64,000 nucleotides of DNA from Phoronis australis. Lineage: Eukaryota > Animalia > Phoronida. A model generated the notes under the pieces. It made no database searches. It saw only the letters and a program-made list of their open reading frames with translations, and had not been told where the DNA came from. A program made the translations under genes and the position numbers. Below are positions 26,101 to 39,030 of the stretch, piece after piece (position 1 is the first letter of the stretch; each line of letters opens with the position of its first letter). The DNA is taken from contig NMRA01000116.1 in NCBI GenBank assembly GCA_002633005.1, positions 628,521 to 692,520 on the forward strand. Direction: 5' to 3'.

Positions 26101-29100
26101 TATCCAATACGTAACACAGGCACAAACTGAGAGCAGGCCATGACCAAGAAATAGAGATTCAAGAAGAACTTAAACTGCTCGAACAGTACCTGTAAAATAC
26201 CACACCTGCGTAAATATACAACATACAAGGTCTTGTGTGAAATAACTTTCAGATCAAACTTAAACAGAAATTAAAAGATAATTACAGGCGATTTAGTACA
26301 CCTTGTACCAGACGTGACCATTGCACTGATCAACTAGACCCGTTTTATGCTTTATTTTAATACATTAGATAAAACAGAGCTGAGGAGCTAGAGACCTGAC
26401 TCAAGGGTCTAGCAGTGTGCCCCAGTGGGACTCAAACCCTCGACCTTGAGTAAAGTAGGCGGACACCTATCCCACTAGGTGGCACTGCCTCCTCACTGAA
26501 ACAGAAGGTCCAACAACATTGATTTGTGGCAGCCACGTAATCTTTGTTTTGACCAGACATAATAGGTACGCCATCTAACCATTACAGCACTTAGGAACTG
26601 TAATTGTCAACATGAGACACAGTGGGTTGCGTGCCAATAACATACTAATAAGACCGCAACAGAATTTCTCGATAAACAACTGTACTTCATTATCACCATG
26701 GTTTATACTGTACAGATTGATTATGATTATTTTACCTTAAGAAGAGCAGAAATGGTAAACTGAAGAATTAACGTACAACAGTTTGAGTAAACTTTATTTG
26801 CAACAACCTTGTAAGCTTGGTTTTATGTTCAAGTTTATTGTAACATAACGTTGATAGTCAAAATACCATTGTTCACAACAAAGAATGTTAATACAGTAAG
26901 GTCTAAATGTTCTCAATCACAAGGAAATCTAAAGAACTTTCAAATACACACTTTACCTCAAACATACCATGCATTCTTTATAGATCGGTTACTTACCAAG
27001 GGGATGAATGTGATAACACTGTATTTCTGATTGCGAACCACATTGGCTGGGTACTTTTGCACGCTGGATGACTTTGCTCTTCTACCAATCGCAACAGTTC
27101 TTGGAAACAGTTGTTTCTGACGCTTGCATTTTCGAAGAACTGCACCACAGCAACTAGAATTACAATTTCACTCTAATTAACATGTCACCAATTTATGACA
27201 CAATATAGCAGGCAAGTGAAATTTCATTTTTCACTTTTTTCGTAAAAATATATAGCACCAAATAAATGATTTATCATTATTTGTTCTATATCATAGCTAC
27301 CATCGAAAAACATTTGAAAACATTGTGAACATTCACAATGCTGAAAAGACACTTACAGTAATGTTTGTCTGAAATTATAACATCTATCAATTAACTTACT
27401 GTACAGATATAACAATGTAACTACATACATATATAAGGACAGTTAGTTATGCCTTTCACAACTCTCAACAAGAGAGGTTTCAAACATATAAAATGTGCCT
27501 TGCAGTTGCAAACTTATAGGAAGGAGGGTGGTAGGGTTTGACTGAACTTAGTCAAGAGTGTGTGTGCTGGACAGTAGTGATGTAAAAAGGTCGTCCACCC
27601 AGGGAGCCATCCAAGATCAGCAAAAGAATTTTGCTCATGTCACTGAGAATGAGGTGAAGAACTTGCCCAGATATCCTGTATCCAGAACTTTGGCCAATAG
27701 CATTATGAAATTTAAAACTACATACATATTATCATAACTGCCTGGCAGCAAACTTGAGGATATTTTACTGAAAAAATTCCGAAGTTCAGTAAACGATACC
27801 AAAACATCTTTGAATCTTTGTGCATAATCTATGACAAACATGGCTCCTTCATACAAACATCGAAGGTTTGTAATTAAGGTTACCTTCAATTGTAGCTAAA
27901 TTCAGAACAACTCTCAGAAGAGACTGAAGACATTCACAAAAAACATTATGCATTATACACTGCTCTTTAAATGATTTTAGGAACTCTATTTAAAATGATC
28001 TACCGGTACTTCACCATGACGCACCATCAAAAAATAGTATTTACACGGTTTTTGTGAAAAAATCAAAAGTTGCATAAAACTAAAACAAAATGAGTGAGAC
28101 TGAGTAAACTGTCACTGTTTGAGATTTTATCTCGAGCATTTATATCATATGAAATTTGGTCGCGTAATGTATGTAAAGGATCCCATTGTTTTGGCATGAA
28201 TGTACCCTTCGTTTTTGCTAAATTTTACTAAAAAAGCATGGTCACTTGAGCACATGAACGGCAGATTGGTATAAAGTCAACAATCAAATTCTGGGGAATT
28301 TCTGCTTTCAGAAAATATATGGTTTTGCTGACTAGTTAAATTCTAGACTTGTCGATAAGGTATAACCTTAATCTGCATTTCTCACAGTCAAGAGAGTTCT
28401 CATTAGCCACACATGCACGCACTACAAATAGCATGCTGCTTTCCCACGTAGCGCTTCGAAAAAGTTGTGGTCAGTAGAAATGCTTGAATCTCAGTCATAA
28501 AGTGCCACTACTTAGCTCTTCTCAAAATAAAAAGATTAAATGGCAGAGTTGTGATTCAACCTTGCAGTTGAACAGCTAAACCCAGGGAGTATTCAAGTAT
28601 ATTTTTGATGGGGTGGTACAACTGAAAAATTAGGATACTCATACATTTAAAGAGTGGACCCACTTGCAGGGAGCCTCCATTAATAAGCCCCACCCCCACT
28701 TTCATGGAATTTAGCGCCAAGAACACCACTCTATTGTCACATGATCTGAAAGCGTACAAGAAAAGATCTCACGGTGTCAAAAATTATATCATTTGCAACA
28801 AAAGCTTATTAAATATAGGTAGTACATAATAAAAATACACTAGATCTGTTCGAACTCCCAAAGTCACCATTTCACTAGAGAGAATTTTGAAAAAGACATC
28901 CACCCTTTTTACTGGTTGGGAAATAAGTCAGCCACCCGTCTGTAGGACATACCGTACACCTCTTCTATGGAAGTATGGCCATTGGGTTCAACCCACTGCA
29001 AGAACAGCAGTGGAATAAGTAGGTGGAATGTGGCAATGTTATGTTCTGCACTAGGCAGTAATAATCTTAGCTATGCCACTGGACAGGGCAGTAATCACTA

Positions 29101-29458
29101 CAAGTTGTGTCACACAACACACATCCCTATTCGAAAGTAGACAGTATGAATCAAGTATAGCAGTGGTGTTTAATTGAGATATTAGTAACAAGTAGTAACA
29201 ACAATTAGTAACATCTAGTAAGCTCCTATGTTGCTGGGTGCAACTGCTGACATACAGTTTGTCAAAAGCCTGGAAAGTGACATCAGAGCGAGGTATTGTA
29301 CCCACCTGGCGCACATGTTTTTCCATCCTCCATTTATAAAGTACCAAAGTGCTCGCCGCCTGGACTGATTTTTCCGGCGCGAAAACAGATAGTCATTTTC
29401 ATCGGTTTCAAACCCTTCATTAGCCATCATCAAGGGAATGTGGTCAAAACCATCTGAC
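19974..29458 (-). CDS. ATP9B: Probable phospholipid-transporting ATPase IIA/IIB (P4-ATPase ATP9), 5' part; joined exons 29458-29306, 27153-26997, 26189-26076, 25422-25252, 23601-23455, 22844-22764, 20123-19974; gene continues left of the window
   Basis: Seven GT-AG exons splice in frame to give ...[11 protein letters not shown]...[41 protein letters not shown]...[12 protein letters not shown]...[32 protein letters not shown], collinear with vertebrate ATP9B/ATP9A and including the P4-ATPase DGET actuator motif. An invertebrate would have a single ATP9 co-orthologue; the N-terminal extension is ATP9B-like. Confidence 0.95.
21182..21445. repeat. Tandem repeat, 42 bp x about 6.3
   Basis: GCATACAACACTGAGCGTTGATATGTACACACTTGTTGCTTC units; explains three repetitive ORFs in the track. 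Confidence 0.97.
22038..22250 (+). mobile_element. tRNA-derived SINE, copy 1
   Basis: A box TGGCTCACTGG, B box GGTTCAAATCC; body collinear with 44533-44735 (gaatgagaacctggatata...gcgatt...tgtggtcatatt). Confidence 0.85.
22383..22535. mobile_element. Short hAT-like MITE
   Basis: Degenerate TIRs CATAGGCAGACCCAG / CTGCATCTGCCCCTG with G/C-run subterminal motifs. Confidence 0.55.
22764..22844 (-). CDS. ATP9B: ATP9 exon
   Basis: tttcag|GAT...CGG|gtatgt, 81 nt; [27 protein letters not shown]. Confidence 0.95.
23455..23601 (-). CDS. ATP9B: ATP9 exon (actuator domain, DGET)
   Basis: ccgcag|GAC...ATG|gttagt, 147 nt; [49 protein letters not shown]. Confidence 0.97.
25252..25422 (-). CDS. ATP9B: ATP9 exon (TM2 to actuator domain)
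   Basis: tttcag|GGA...AAG|gttatt, 171 nt; [57 protein letters not shown]. Not present in the ORF track. Confidence 0.95.
26076..26189 (-). CDS. ATP9B: ATP9 exon (TM1 region)
   Basis: ttacag|GTA...CTG|gtaaga, 114 nt; [38 protein letters not shown]. Confidence 0.97.
26345..26500 (-). mobile_element. Degenerate tRNA-like SINE/repeat
   Basis: ...CCTAGTGGGATAGG...AAGGTCGAGGGTTTGAGTCCCACTGGGGCAC, followed by a short body and A-rich end. Confidence 0.55.
26997..27153 (-). CDS. ATP9B: ATP9 exon (N-terminus, NQKY motif)
   Basis: ttctag|T...TTG|gtaagt, 157 nt; [52 protein letters not shown]. Not present in the ORF track. Confidence 0.95.
27878..28367. mobile_element. Kolobok-like MITE
   Basis: TTAA flanks; termini GGTTACCTT / AAGGTATAACC; interior shared with 8277-8745. 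Confidence 0.65.
29306..29458 (-). CDS. ATP9B: ATP9 exon (cytosolic N-terminus)
   Basis: tatag|G...AG|gtgggt, 153 nt, phase 2-2; [50 protein letters not shown] resembles ATP9B 'PLMMSEEGFE...WF...GWK'. An alternative acceptor 5 nt inside (29453) is possible. Confidence 0.88.
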
Positions 29459-30207
29459 CTATAAATATAACAACACTGAATACAGGGCACTAGATGGACT
29501 ACTTGCTTGTCCTTCTATAATGAATGAGGGCCCAGCCTTACAATAATGAGGGTGACCACATAATGAATGGGTGATATGAAGAAGATGCATTCATTGTTAG
29601 CCCTATGCAGACAAACTATGGGCTGTCAGTGATCATGCAGACAGAATAAGACTTGCCAGTAAAGGATACACAAACAATTGACAACTCAAGTGGTAAGAAT
29701 CATTCACTGTTACCTATTTCAGACACATAATCAACTGTAACGGACACTTGGACAGGACATAAAATGTGATATTTTCTCCACAAGACAATCCCATCAGTTC
29801 TTACCGGTTATAGTCCCAGTCGTTATTAATCCACTAGGCGCAGCAGCACAGGACTACAAGGTTATTGATTTTAAATGAAGTCTGAAGCAGTTTACAGATG
29901 TCACACTAGACAAGCTGAATCATAGCAGTACATACAAAAAGTACTAGTGGCTCAGAAAAATGCTAACCAGACATGCAATCAGATATCAGAAACAATTTTC
30001 AACAGATATGTTTGTCCCTAGACAACACAATAGACTGGCCTGATGCATATCAATTACTGTACATCACCAGTTTACACAGCACATAATTGGTGACTTCACA
30101 AAATCAGTGGACCAATCATATTTCATTGTCAAACAAAATGGGACATCTAAAATAGATCTATCATGGATAGGTCCCAACTTTCTACCCCAGTCAGAAAGTA
30201 TAATCAC

Positions 30208-30244
30208 CTCGCAGAATTCGAGCTTCTACACGAATCGACATCAT
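30208..30244 (-). CDS. Candidate first coding exon of ATP9 (MMSIRVEARILR)
   Basis: aagATGATG...CGAG|gtgatt in a locally CpG-containing stretch. Phase 1, so it is in frame only if the inner acceptor at 29453 is used. No recognisable homology. Confidence 0.3.
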
Positions 30245-30518
30245 CTTACTTCAAGCCAAAATGTCGATCAGTAATTTCTGCATATATTAACGTACAAAAT
30301 AAATCTGAAACTAAATAAGGCGATCTAGATCCTCTCAAAGATACTAATAGTTTCACGAAATGTAGAATATATATAGGTAAATAAAACAACAAGAATGGAT
30401 CAACTGAAATTTTCGGATATAATAACATTCTTTGTCAACAGAATATATCAACAGCATATATTAAGCGATAAAATCGACCAAAAATTGGCCTGACACAGCC
30501 TTTGTTCTTACAGCTTAA

Positions 30519-32112
30519 AGGAGCATGCCACCCAAAAAACAACCTAATTTATATCAATTTAGATAGAGTAGTTTTACTCCATAACGACACGTACGGTTGC
30601 GTTACCTGACACCTGACGGCAGACGGAGGTGTTGAAATTATCCAATGACGTCATCGGTTTCACACGAGGTCAGTTCAGCAGTTCACAACACGGGTTACTG
30701 GTGTCAGCTTATCGCTTGAAGTCATCGTTTAACACCAATAAATCATCAAACTTCGATGTAAAACCCTTAAAATACACCGAGTTCTTATAAAAACGTGTTG
30801 TTTTATTTCGCTGTTATGGATTTATTGGTATTTGGACATACCGTGCCTACAAAGTTCGATCCAGGCCAATAAGGTCCGTAGCAGGAGTTTGGGGTCTGTT
30901 AATTTCGAAGTATTTTCTGTGAGATACAGACAAGAGAACGTATATCTGTGTTGTTTAGACTTGTGATTTTTTGAGTTCTAAACACAAAATGCTTGTTATC
31001 CTGGTCAGTGGCTCGGAAACTGATCAGACATCACGAACATAAACCAGCCAAAGTTCAGTGGAAACTAAACTTCCAGTCAAGAAAATACTATACTATAGTG
31101 AGCCAAAGTAATGTGCACCTGATTATGTTGCTGAATTAGCCACGAAACTGCAAATCTACTCGTCGGGGGCTGCGAATTCAGGTTCCGCTTTGGCCACAGC
31201 ACCGTCAGGACAGAAGTTGTACATTGACAATCATTATATTTGAGTAATGTAAATGTAAATAAAGATTCCCCTAATACCTGGCCGTGTGATGGAAATTGAG
31301 TTGTTTCACAACAGTTTCTGCCAGCAAACACTAAATTAGCATGAGCTCACACGGCCTCGGGTGTCCCGTCAATTAGTTTTAATGCACTTAAAGCCGGGAC
31401 GCAGTGATTTATTCATTGCTGGCTCCTCAAATCATTTGCACTCACGAACACTCCAAAGGCATTACAAATTGCATCTAATGAGACGGACTTTGTTTCAGTT
31501 TTATATAAGTATTGGTTATTGTGAGAATAATTCATTTTGAAACAGAACGCTCAGTAATAAACGCCAACATGGCAACTCGCAATGCCGACTTAATTAGGAC
31601 TAGCTAGAGCTCACCAGTCCCGACTTCGCAGGTGGATCGTTAAGTTTTACAGGCTATCAATATTCGAACACGAATACGCTGATGAAGAAATACTAGAGAG
31701 GCGCCGTGAACAAGCTCAGACAACGGAATGTATGGAGTTATTTGGTAAGCCGGCATTCGTCAGGCACTGTCGACGTCTGCACGCCACAGACAAGGAGTAC
31801 AGTTCATTCTTCACTATCATGAGCCACTTCCTAAGCATTTCGAACTCTCGAGGAAGTAAGAAAAAACGATATACCCGACTTCCTCGCAGCTGCTTAGTTC
31901 AGGCAAGCGGGACTTATGCACTGCATGTTGCGGCAACATAGCGGCATTCACTCTGCATATGAACCACTGACGTCGCTAGCGTCGTTTCTCACCTTTCCCA
32001 CAGGTTAACGCGACACCTCTTGGCAAGGTAAGGTCGACTGTATGCGAGGCGATGTAGATATAGACCGATTGAGACGGCAAAAAAGACTAATTAAATCGGG
32101 TGGCATTCTCCT
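30519..32112. mobile_element. Non-autonomous Kolobok-type DNA transposon (1594 bp) with KolX-like remnant
   Basis: TTAA at 30515-30518 and 32113-32116; TIRs AGGAGCATGCCACCC / GGGTGGCATTCTCCT; plus-strand remnant FEHEYADEEILERRR...HCRRL...RLPRSCLVQA at about 31660-31940. Confidence 0.82.
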
Positions 32113-33156
32113 TTAATGCACGCATTGTGCTTTCGACTTTTGCTTGTTCAAGTATCCCAATGAAGTCACAGTTTGTTTAATTAAACTCGTTTGTAATCCT
32201 GCTGTTGATTTATTCAGGAATAATTTATATTTGCACATTTACCCAACTTTGTCACAGGATTTTGTAATTTCCAGAACTATTTTAATACGTGTAATATATT
32301 GGATAGAAAAGAGTCTGGACATTGAATAACCGCCAGATATCCAAATAGTCAAAAGTGTAAAGTAAAAACATCAACTTTTGGTATCATTAAAATGGCCACC
32401 ATTTGACGAGAATGGACAACCATAATAAAAGAATTTCAAAAAATAAAAACTCACAGCATTTTTTGTTTCACTGGTTATTTGTTAGGGATTGGAAGGAGAT
32501 TCAGGACCCTAACCACGCCCATGGGGTATGCCACTATACTTTTGACCGAAGGTTTCATTGGAATTTTTAACATTTATTTGTTTACTAACACTATGAACTT
32601 GCAATATGTACACTGTACTATAATGATTACAAAATATATCATATAACCAGTATCAGTTTCCCCAGGCACTCACACATTCACTATGACTAAGGGTCACTGT
32701 AACATTTTAAGTGATCAGCAAATGAAAAACCACAGGAGCCCGTAGACAGCGGGAAACTTGTAATTGGCAGTTTTGGTTCTGGAAGATGAAGACACCCAAA
32801 AATTTAGAGACTGTCTTGAAAAAAGGGAACCATCCGTAAAGACCTTCCATATCTTACCATTTGAATTATCATCAAAGTCATGAATGACACAAAAGACACA
32901 TAGATCCCATTTTAGAATTATTTACAATCCACAAAACATCCACAAAATTGAATTTGGTGTGCTATTCACATGTCTTCCTGTTCTCATTCCACCATTCATG
33001 TTCATTTTGTACTGTCACACCCATAGATATGACTTCATTCTTATCCAGTAGATGGCACTAGCAAGCAGATAGAGAAAAGACTGATTACGTAGTCCAACCT
33101 CCTTTGTAACATTTTACAGGCTGTTTGTTGAACTGCAGTTACTTCCACAACTATTC

Positions 33157-33412
33157 CATGCGTGCACCCAGGGCGGCTCAGGGGGCTCAAATGGGCCCCC
33201 CATTTGGCAAAGTGGACAAAAAGGTCCACCTCAGAGAAACAAAAATTAGTCTGAGAAAACGAGACAAAAGTTCACTAAAAAGGTGCAGGCGCACATTTCA
33301 CAGTCCTGAGGGTGGTACCCCATTTTTTTAATCCTCCCGCTTTCTTGTCAGGAAAAGGTCCACTTCGTCAGACATTCGAGCGCTCCCATGTTAAAGGCTG
33401 GGTGCTCGCATG
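33157..33412. mobile_element. MITE with 15-bp TIRs and apparent 5-bp TSD
   Basis: CATGCGTGCACCCAG / CTGGGTGCTCGCATG; TATTC on both flanks. Confidence 0.75.
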
Positions 33413-34489
33413 TATTCTGAACATACGTTACATTTGCACACACATAGTCCAACAATACATTACACATTAAATAGGCAAACATGACATACAAAGGTATCTG
33501 TAGTCTAAGACTTCTAATGAGGAATGTTTTTGTTGCAAACAGAACAAATTCTTTAAGGAAAGGCTCCTGCACACAAATACAAAGTTTACTCTTTCTGTTT
33601 AAAGTCACAGTTGAGTAGTCAAAACTGTCCTAAGATCAATGTCAGCCAGATTTCCAACAAAAGAAACAGCTTTATCAAATATTGTAACAATTCTTCATTT
33701 GAACTGTTTGCCAGTTTTCAAAAAGAGCAACAAAATACCAAAATTACCACAAGAGGTCATAACATGCTAAATTGGTTGAACGAATCTATGAAAATAAATA
33801 TAACCTGCTCTTATCAACAGGAACACACGTACCAAATCCAGTGATGATCCTTTAAAGAACTTGGTAGACACTGAGGCAGGCACAGAAAAAAGTGCCATTA
33901 ATTTTCGCTTTGAACCAGCTAAACAGGGCGAAATACAAATTTAAGAATTCATCAATGAGTCAAGCCCAATATGACAAACTTCAGGTCTATTCTGTGTTCT
34001 GACATTAGAGGTCCATTGTGTAACTGTGTCATAACAAGAGGACTTGCACATTTATTTCATAACATTACTGGTATCATATAATTTTGGACAAAAATTGCGA
34101 AACTTACCCTTTTTCAGTTTTCAATGTCTTCTGAACATTGTCTGTGAATACCAACAATTTTTCAAAATACTTTCCAGCTGTAGCCATGGTAAAGAACTTG
34201 AACATTCATTTAATAAAGCATCAATTTGATGCTACAAATCTGTTATGAAAAAGTGAGTAAACATAAATTTCACTTGTCCGCCATATTGTGCCCTTAACTA
34301 GTGAGATTTTACCCCAGCATAATTGGCTCATTTCAGTTCCACAAGCTTTGTTTGTCAGAGGTTTCTCATATATCACAGATATATGTTAATGGTATTTGTT
34401 GAAAACTTTCTCCCTTAATAACAAACAACTTTTTGAAGCTCTTGTAGATGTTTTAAGTAACAGATCACGTTTTCTTAAAACTTAATTTT

Positions 34490-35310
34490 CTGTTGTCATG
34501 GAATGGTTCAATTCCGTGCACACAGCATCACCCATAAAATAAAAGAATGATGAAGATTTGCATTATTCGAGGAATTAACTATCTTGTGCAAGGGAGTGCT
34601 CGGTTAAGATTCAAACTGGTAAAATAATCACAAAGGTTTTATGCAAATTCCAGGTTCTGGCACTGAATTCCATCGAGCCAAAAATCTCAGCTTTTGACTT
34701 TAGTTTCTGAAACTTTTCGGGTGTTACGCATTATAGACTGTCCTCGAGTCAGGTAGTTTTCCAGAGAATTATGTTGAAAATTCTGGGAAGTGTTGATGGT
34801 GTAATTTGACACATGGACAATATGTTCATTCTTGGTTAAGATCAGAAGGAATATGATGCTTATGTTTTCGCAGTGTTGTCGCGTCTTCATAAAGCCCGCA
34901 TGTTGTTACACCTGATCGAGTGTATACATTATGTTTTCATCAAAGTAACACTACATTCATATAGTTGGCATTCATCCCAGTATCGATTTGATACGAGGTA
35001 TCGCAGACTACAAAACCCAAAGTAACTGCAAGGAGCTTCAGAATTTTCTTGTGCTGTAAAAACAGTATGGAACGTTTTCGTGTACAACGCAACATCTTCG
35101 CGAGCTATTGTCAAAACACTGTGAATGGGTCTTGCAAAAGACAAAACTGCAGAGGCCATGAAGACCATGTCCGCAGTTCTTGCAGTATATGACCCAAAGC
35201 AAAAATAACTTGCAAAGCAATAATACTAGCAACTATGAGATTGAAGATACATTCTCCCAGATCATATGACTGACTCATGTTTACTACCCGACAAGAAGCT
35301 CTGATGACAA
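34490..35310 (+). mobile_element. Decayed Ty3/Gypsy pol fragment (RT to RNase H connection)
   Basis: Hand translation through stops gives ANSRFWH*IPSSQKSQLLT...VFQRIMLKILGSVDGVI*HMDNMFILG*DQKEYDAYVFAVLSRLHKARM...AVLAVYDPK, matching Gypsy 'DANSGFWQIPL', 'FQR.M', 'xMDD' and 'PVLA.YDP'. Confidence 0.8.
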
Positions 35311-35403
35311 TAACGAACTGTCTTTCAAAAACTCAGAAATCACTTCTAATCTGATTCTGAGTATGGAGCAAGTTGAGACCAGTTTCACAGTGGTAAGTGG
35401 CCT

Positions 35404-35578
35404 ATACCAAAAAGTTTTTAGGTAACAGTTGGATAAATGGAGCCTGATTAAAAGTGATTTGAGAGCCAGATACTCCCACTGAATAGCAACACGCAGTATT
35501 CAGTGGAAGTAACTGCATGGTTCTCAGATCACTTTTAAATCGGGGACCCAACCAACTGACTATTACCGGTTTTTGTAT
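35404..35578. repeat. Imperfect long hairpin (old MITE-like)
   Basis: 35443-35468 pairs with 35518-35544, and 35471-35485 with 35497-35511. Confidence 0.75.
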
Positions 35579-37959
35579 TACGTGACTTCTGGTTGTCTCG
35601 TGAAATTTAAATGCCTTAATTGCTTGCCTGCGGGAAATTGCTCACTGCTTTCGCCTAACGACTGGGTCATTATATTCTGAAGATTCAGGGGGTCACTGCT
35701 TCCATTCCCAAATGAATGAAGAAAAAGTATATAGAAGACTTTTGCACATTTGCTTGTTGGACTGAACAGTATTATCAGTCATGATGCCAACAGAAAAATA
35801 ATCGTTTGTGGTTTCTTAAACCCATATTTCTTGGAAACCTGTGCAGATTTGTGTTTGATAACATGGGCGTATGAAATTGGGCACCTTTTAAATTCTACAG
35901 CAAAGTGTTGCAGAACCCTTGGCTTTGTGGTGTAGTAGTGACAATATCAGAATTAGTTTTGGGGACCAGGGCAGAGCCAGAGGCCTTGGTCGACTGAGCT
36001 GCTGTGTACACAGTACTCAATAGATACTTAGATTACTATTTTCTACGTACTGTTGTAATCGTCAACATCATTCGTCCTTTATCTTTCTGTGGTGTCTTGT
36101 GATTTGTCAGTTTTATGGTTCCCCGGATGCTTGTTTTATTTAAACTGCTGGCGGGAACCCTGCTGGCAGTCTTTCAGCAAGCAATCAGGATGTCAGGGAT
36201 GGGCACCTGGATTGGGTTTTACCTGAAGCTTGAATAGCTGTGTTTTAACTGGTGAGTACTTCTAGAGGCCTAGCTAGTGAACCTGCAGTAATACAACAGT
36301 ACCACTGACAGGACACCTGGGTTTTCAGAACTAGTTTGATGCACGCTATTCAGTGAAGGAAAGAAGTTCTCAAAATCAGAATGACAGCAGATGTTCAGTT
36401 CAGTTGAGTAAGCACTGGCACTGCCTGGTCATGAAACGTTCAGAAAAGACTACAACCCAACACAGCTAATTAATGCATTATTCTTGGCGGAAAAGTGCTA
36501 AAAATAATCTAAATAAAAGGTGGGTATGATTTTCACATATGAACACCATCAGGTTAAAATAAATACCTTTCACCACGATTGTATAGTGACTGGTTTTGTT
36601 TCATTTCCTAGTTTCATCGTCACCTTTAACACACACTGCTGTCGCTTCATGAAACTATCATCTAAACGGTCTGTTTTACATGGTTCGATTCATAGCTCAA
36701 ATTATAGACAAGGAAAATGTAATTTATGAAAAGTCCAAAAAGTTAAATGTGACATCAGAAGCAATTTTAAAAATGATTGGAAAACAAAATCACGGAAAGA
36801 ATGATTTTTAATGATTGTTGCGGTCTCATAACTAAGTGCTCTACTCGCCAAAAGAGGGCACCGTGTCGCGAAAAAGATACTCATGTACCCGTGGTAGACA
36901 CTTGACTTGCAGCAATGAAGATTCCCGCAACGGACTACCAGCGTAATAGGCCTCAGGTAGATGGTCATATATATGCTGCAGACTGCAGGTCTTAGTAGGA
37001 TATTCAAGAGAGACAGATTACTGTTATCTACGGTGAAATTGAATTTAATAAATATTTTTACCACTGAAAATACTGGACTAGCAGAAATTCAAAGCAATTT
37101 GCATATTCAAAAGTGCTGACAACAAAATATTATTTTTTTTATCCGAGCCTTGGCAGTTGTGAAAGACATTAAACAAACGGGGTCAGTATGGAAATTGCGC
37201 AACATTTTTGAAATGTCTGAGATTTTCATAACTGCATGGCTACTTCCAGGTTACTATGAACAACATCATGATATAGGCAACTCTGGTGTAAATTAGCAAA
37301 ATACTGAGAAAACGTATGATAGATTTTAACTCACTTGTCAGTGAAAAGCTTGAAAGTAGAAAGTCTATCAAATTTGTTGATTTTTTACTTCTTATCAAAT
37401 TTTGTTATCAAAGCCAAACATAGGTATCAATAACATCATCAAATTTTCTTTCAGTGATATAAATGTTCCAAGGTGAGATATAAAAAATTTGTAACACTTC
37501 TCAGTTCTAAAATATCGTGTCATAATCGTTTCATGCAACCATCAAATATTTCTAAGATATCGGATGTTCCAAATTTTGCCAAGCTAGTTGGCCATTTTTA
37601 TAGGATTCTAAATAACCTTAAAAACATGGGTACCAACCAACAACAAAAAATTCGAATCTGAATTAACATATTTTATTTTCAACAACAATAACATCAAATA
37701 ATCACATGGTTAATAATTTAACCAATAGTGGAAAATAAGCCAACAACTTTTTTTCACACGTAACACGATTTTCTAATATAATCTGGTCAAATGTATTTCT
37801 AGCCTGTGGTAAATTTTTTTGAGTGTCAGCCAATGCAAAGGTACCTTCAATACAGCAATTAAGTTTCTAGAGAGAAAAGCGAGATCACGCGAGGGCATGC
37901 AAAATCATTCCTCAATAAGCTCTGAATCTTACAGATGTGGATTAGCAAAATGGCTGCCA

Positions 37960-38971
37960 CTGAAGTGACTGTTGGAATGTTGAATTATTGCATTCCATTC
38001 ATGTACATGAATGCTCGAACTGATATGTACGCGGATGATTCCACTCTTCATTATACCAGTAACTGTATTGGGGATATTGAGCATACACTGCAGAATGACT
38101 TAAACAGCGTTGAAGAGTGGTATAACGACAATAAAATGGTAATTAACATAAAGAAAACCAAATATATCGTGTCTTGGCTAGAAACTAAATACAACTTAAT
38201 CCTTTTATGTCTTGAGGAAGTCACTAGTGAGAAATTATTAGGAGTTAAAACTGTCTCTTACATAATGGGTAAAATTAGACAAGGATTGAGATTATTGAAG
38301 CAAATTAAGCAATTTTTACCAATCGAGGGTAGAATTAAATTTTTTCATGCATGTATTATGCCACATTTCACTTACCGCAGGTCTGTATAGTCGGGTTGTT
38401 GCACTACTAATAAACTTGTCAGAATTCAGAAGCAGGCTGTAAAAATTATTCTTGGAAACTACGAGGCACCATCTGTGACTTTGTTTGCAATCGGTGGATG
38501 CCAATTAATAAGTATTATGTTTTCCACAGACTTTGCATGATTTTTAAATGTCTCCATGACGATGTTTCCCAGTATTTAGCTAATGAACTATCTCTAGTAC
38601 TAATAAAAATTCGAGATATACCCGATACTCAAATTTAGTTGTACCAAGCTACAAAACATCCAAGTACAGGAGTACTTTCTTTGTAGATGGAGTGATTGCC
38701 TGGAATGGTTTACCATTAGCTATTAAATCAATTACTGTTAAATATGCATTTAGAAGTAACTTAACTTATTTATTATCTACTTAACTGTATATCTGCATGC
38801 ATGTCAAAAATATTAATTAACTAACTCATTTATTTCACTTTTCATTCATCTGTACATATCATTGTTCATCTTATTTATTTATTTATTTTATTTATATATT
38901 TATTGTAATTTCGAGGACCATGTGGTAGAAAAATTTTACACTTAACATGTTTTTATCCTCTATAAATAAAG

Positions 38972-39004
<33 letters not shown>

Positions 39005-39030
39005 GTTGTTATTGTTATTATTATTATTAA
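37960..39030 (+). mobile_element. 5'-truncated non-LTR retrotransposon (CR1/L2-group LINE) 3' end
   Basis: RT motif MYADDSTL, then LQNDLNSVEEW...KMVINIKKTK and EKLLGV; frameshifted C-terminus (TFFVDGVIAWNGLP); 3' UTR, AATAAA and an (ATT)n tail. Confidence 0.9.
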
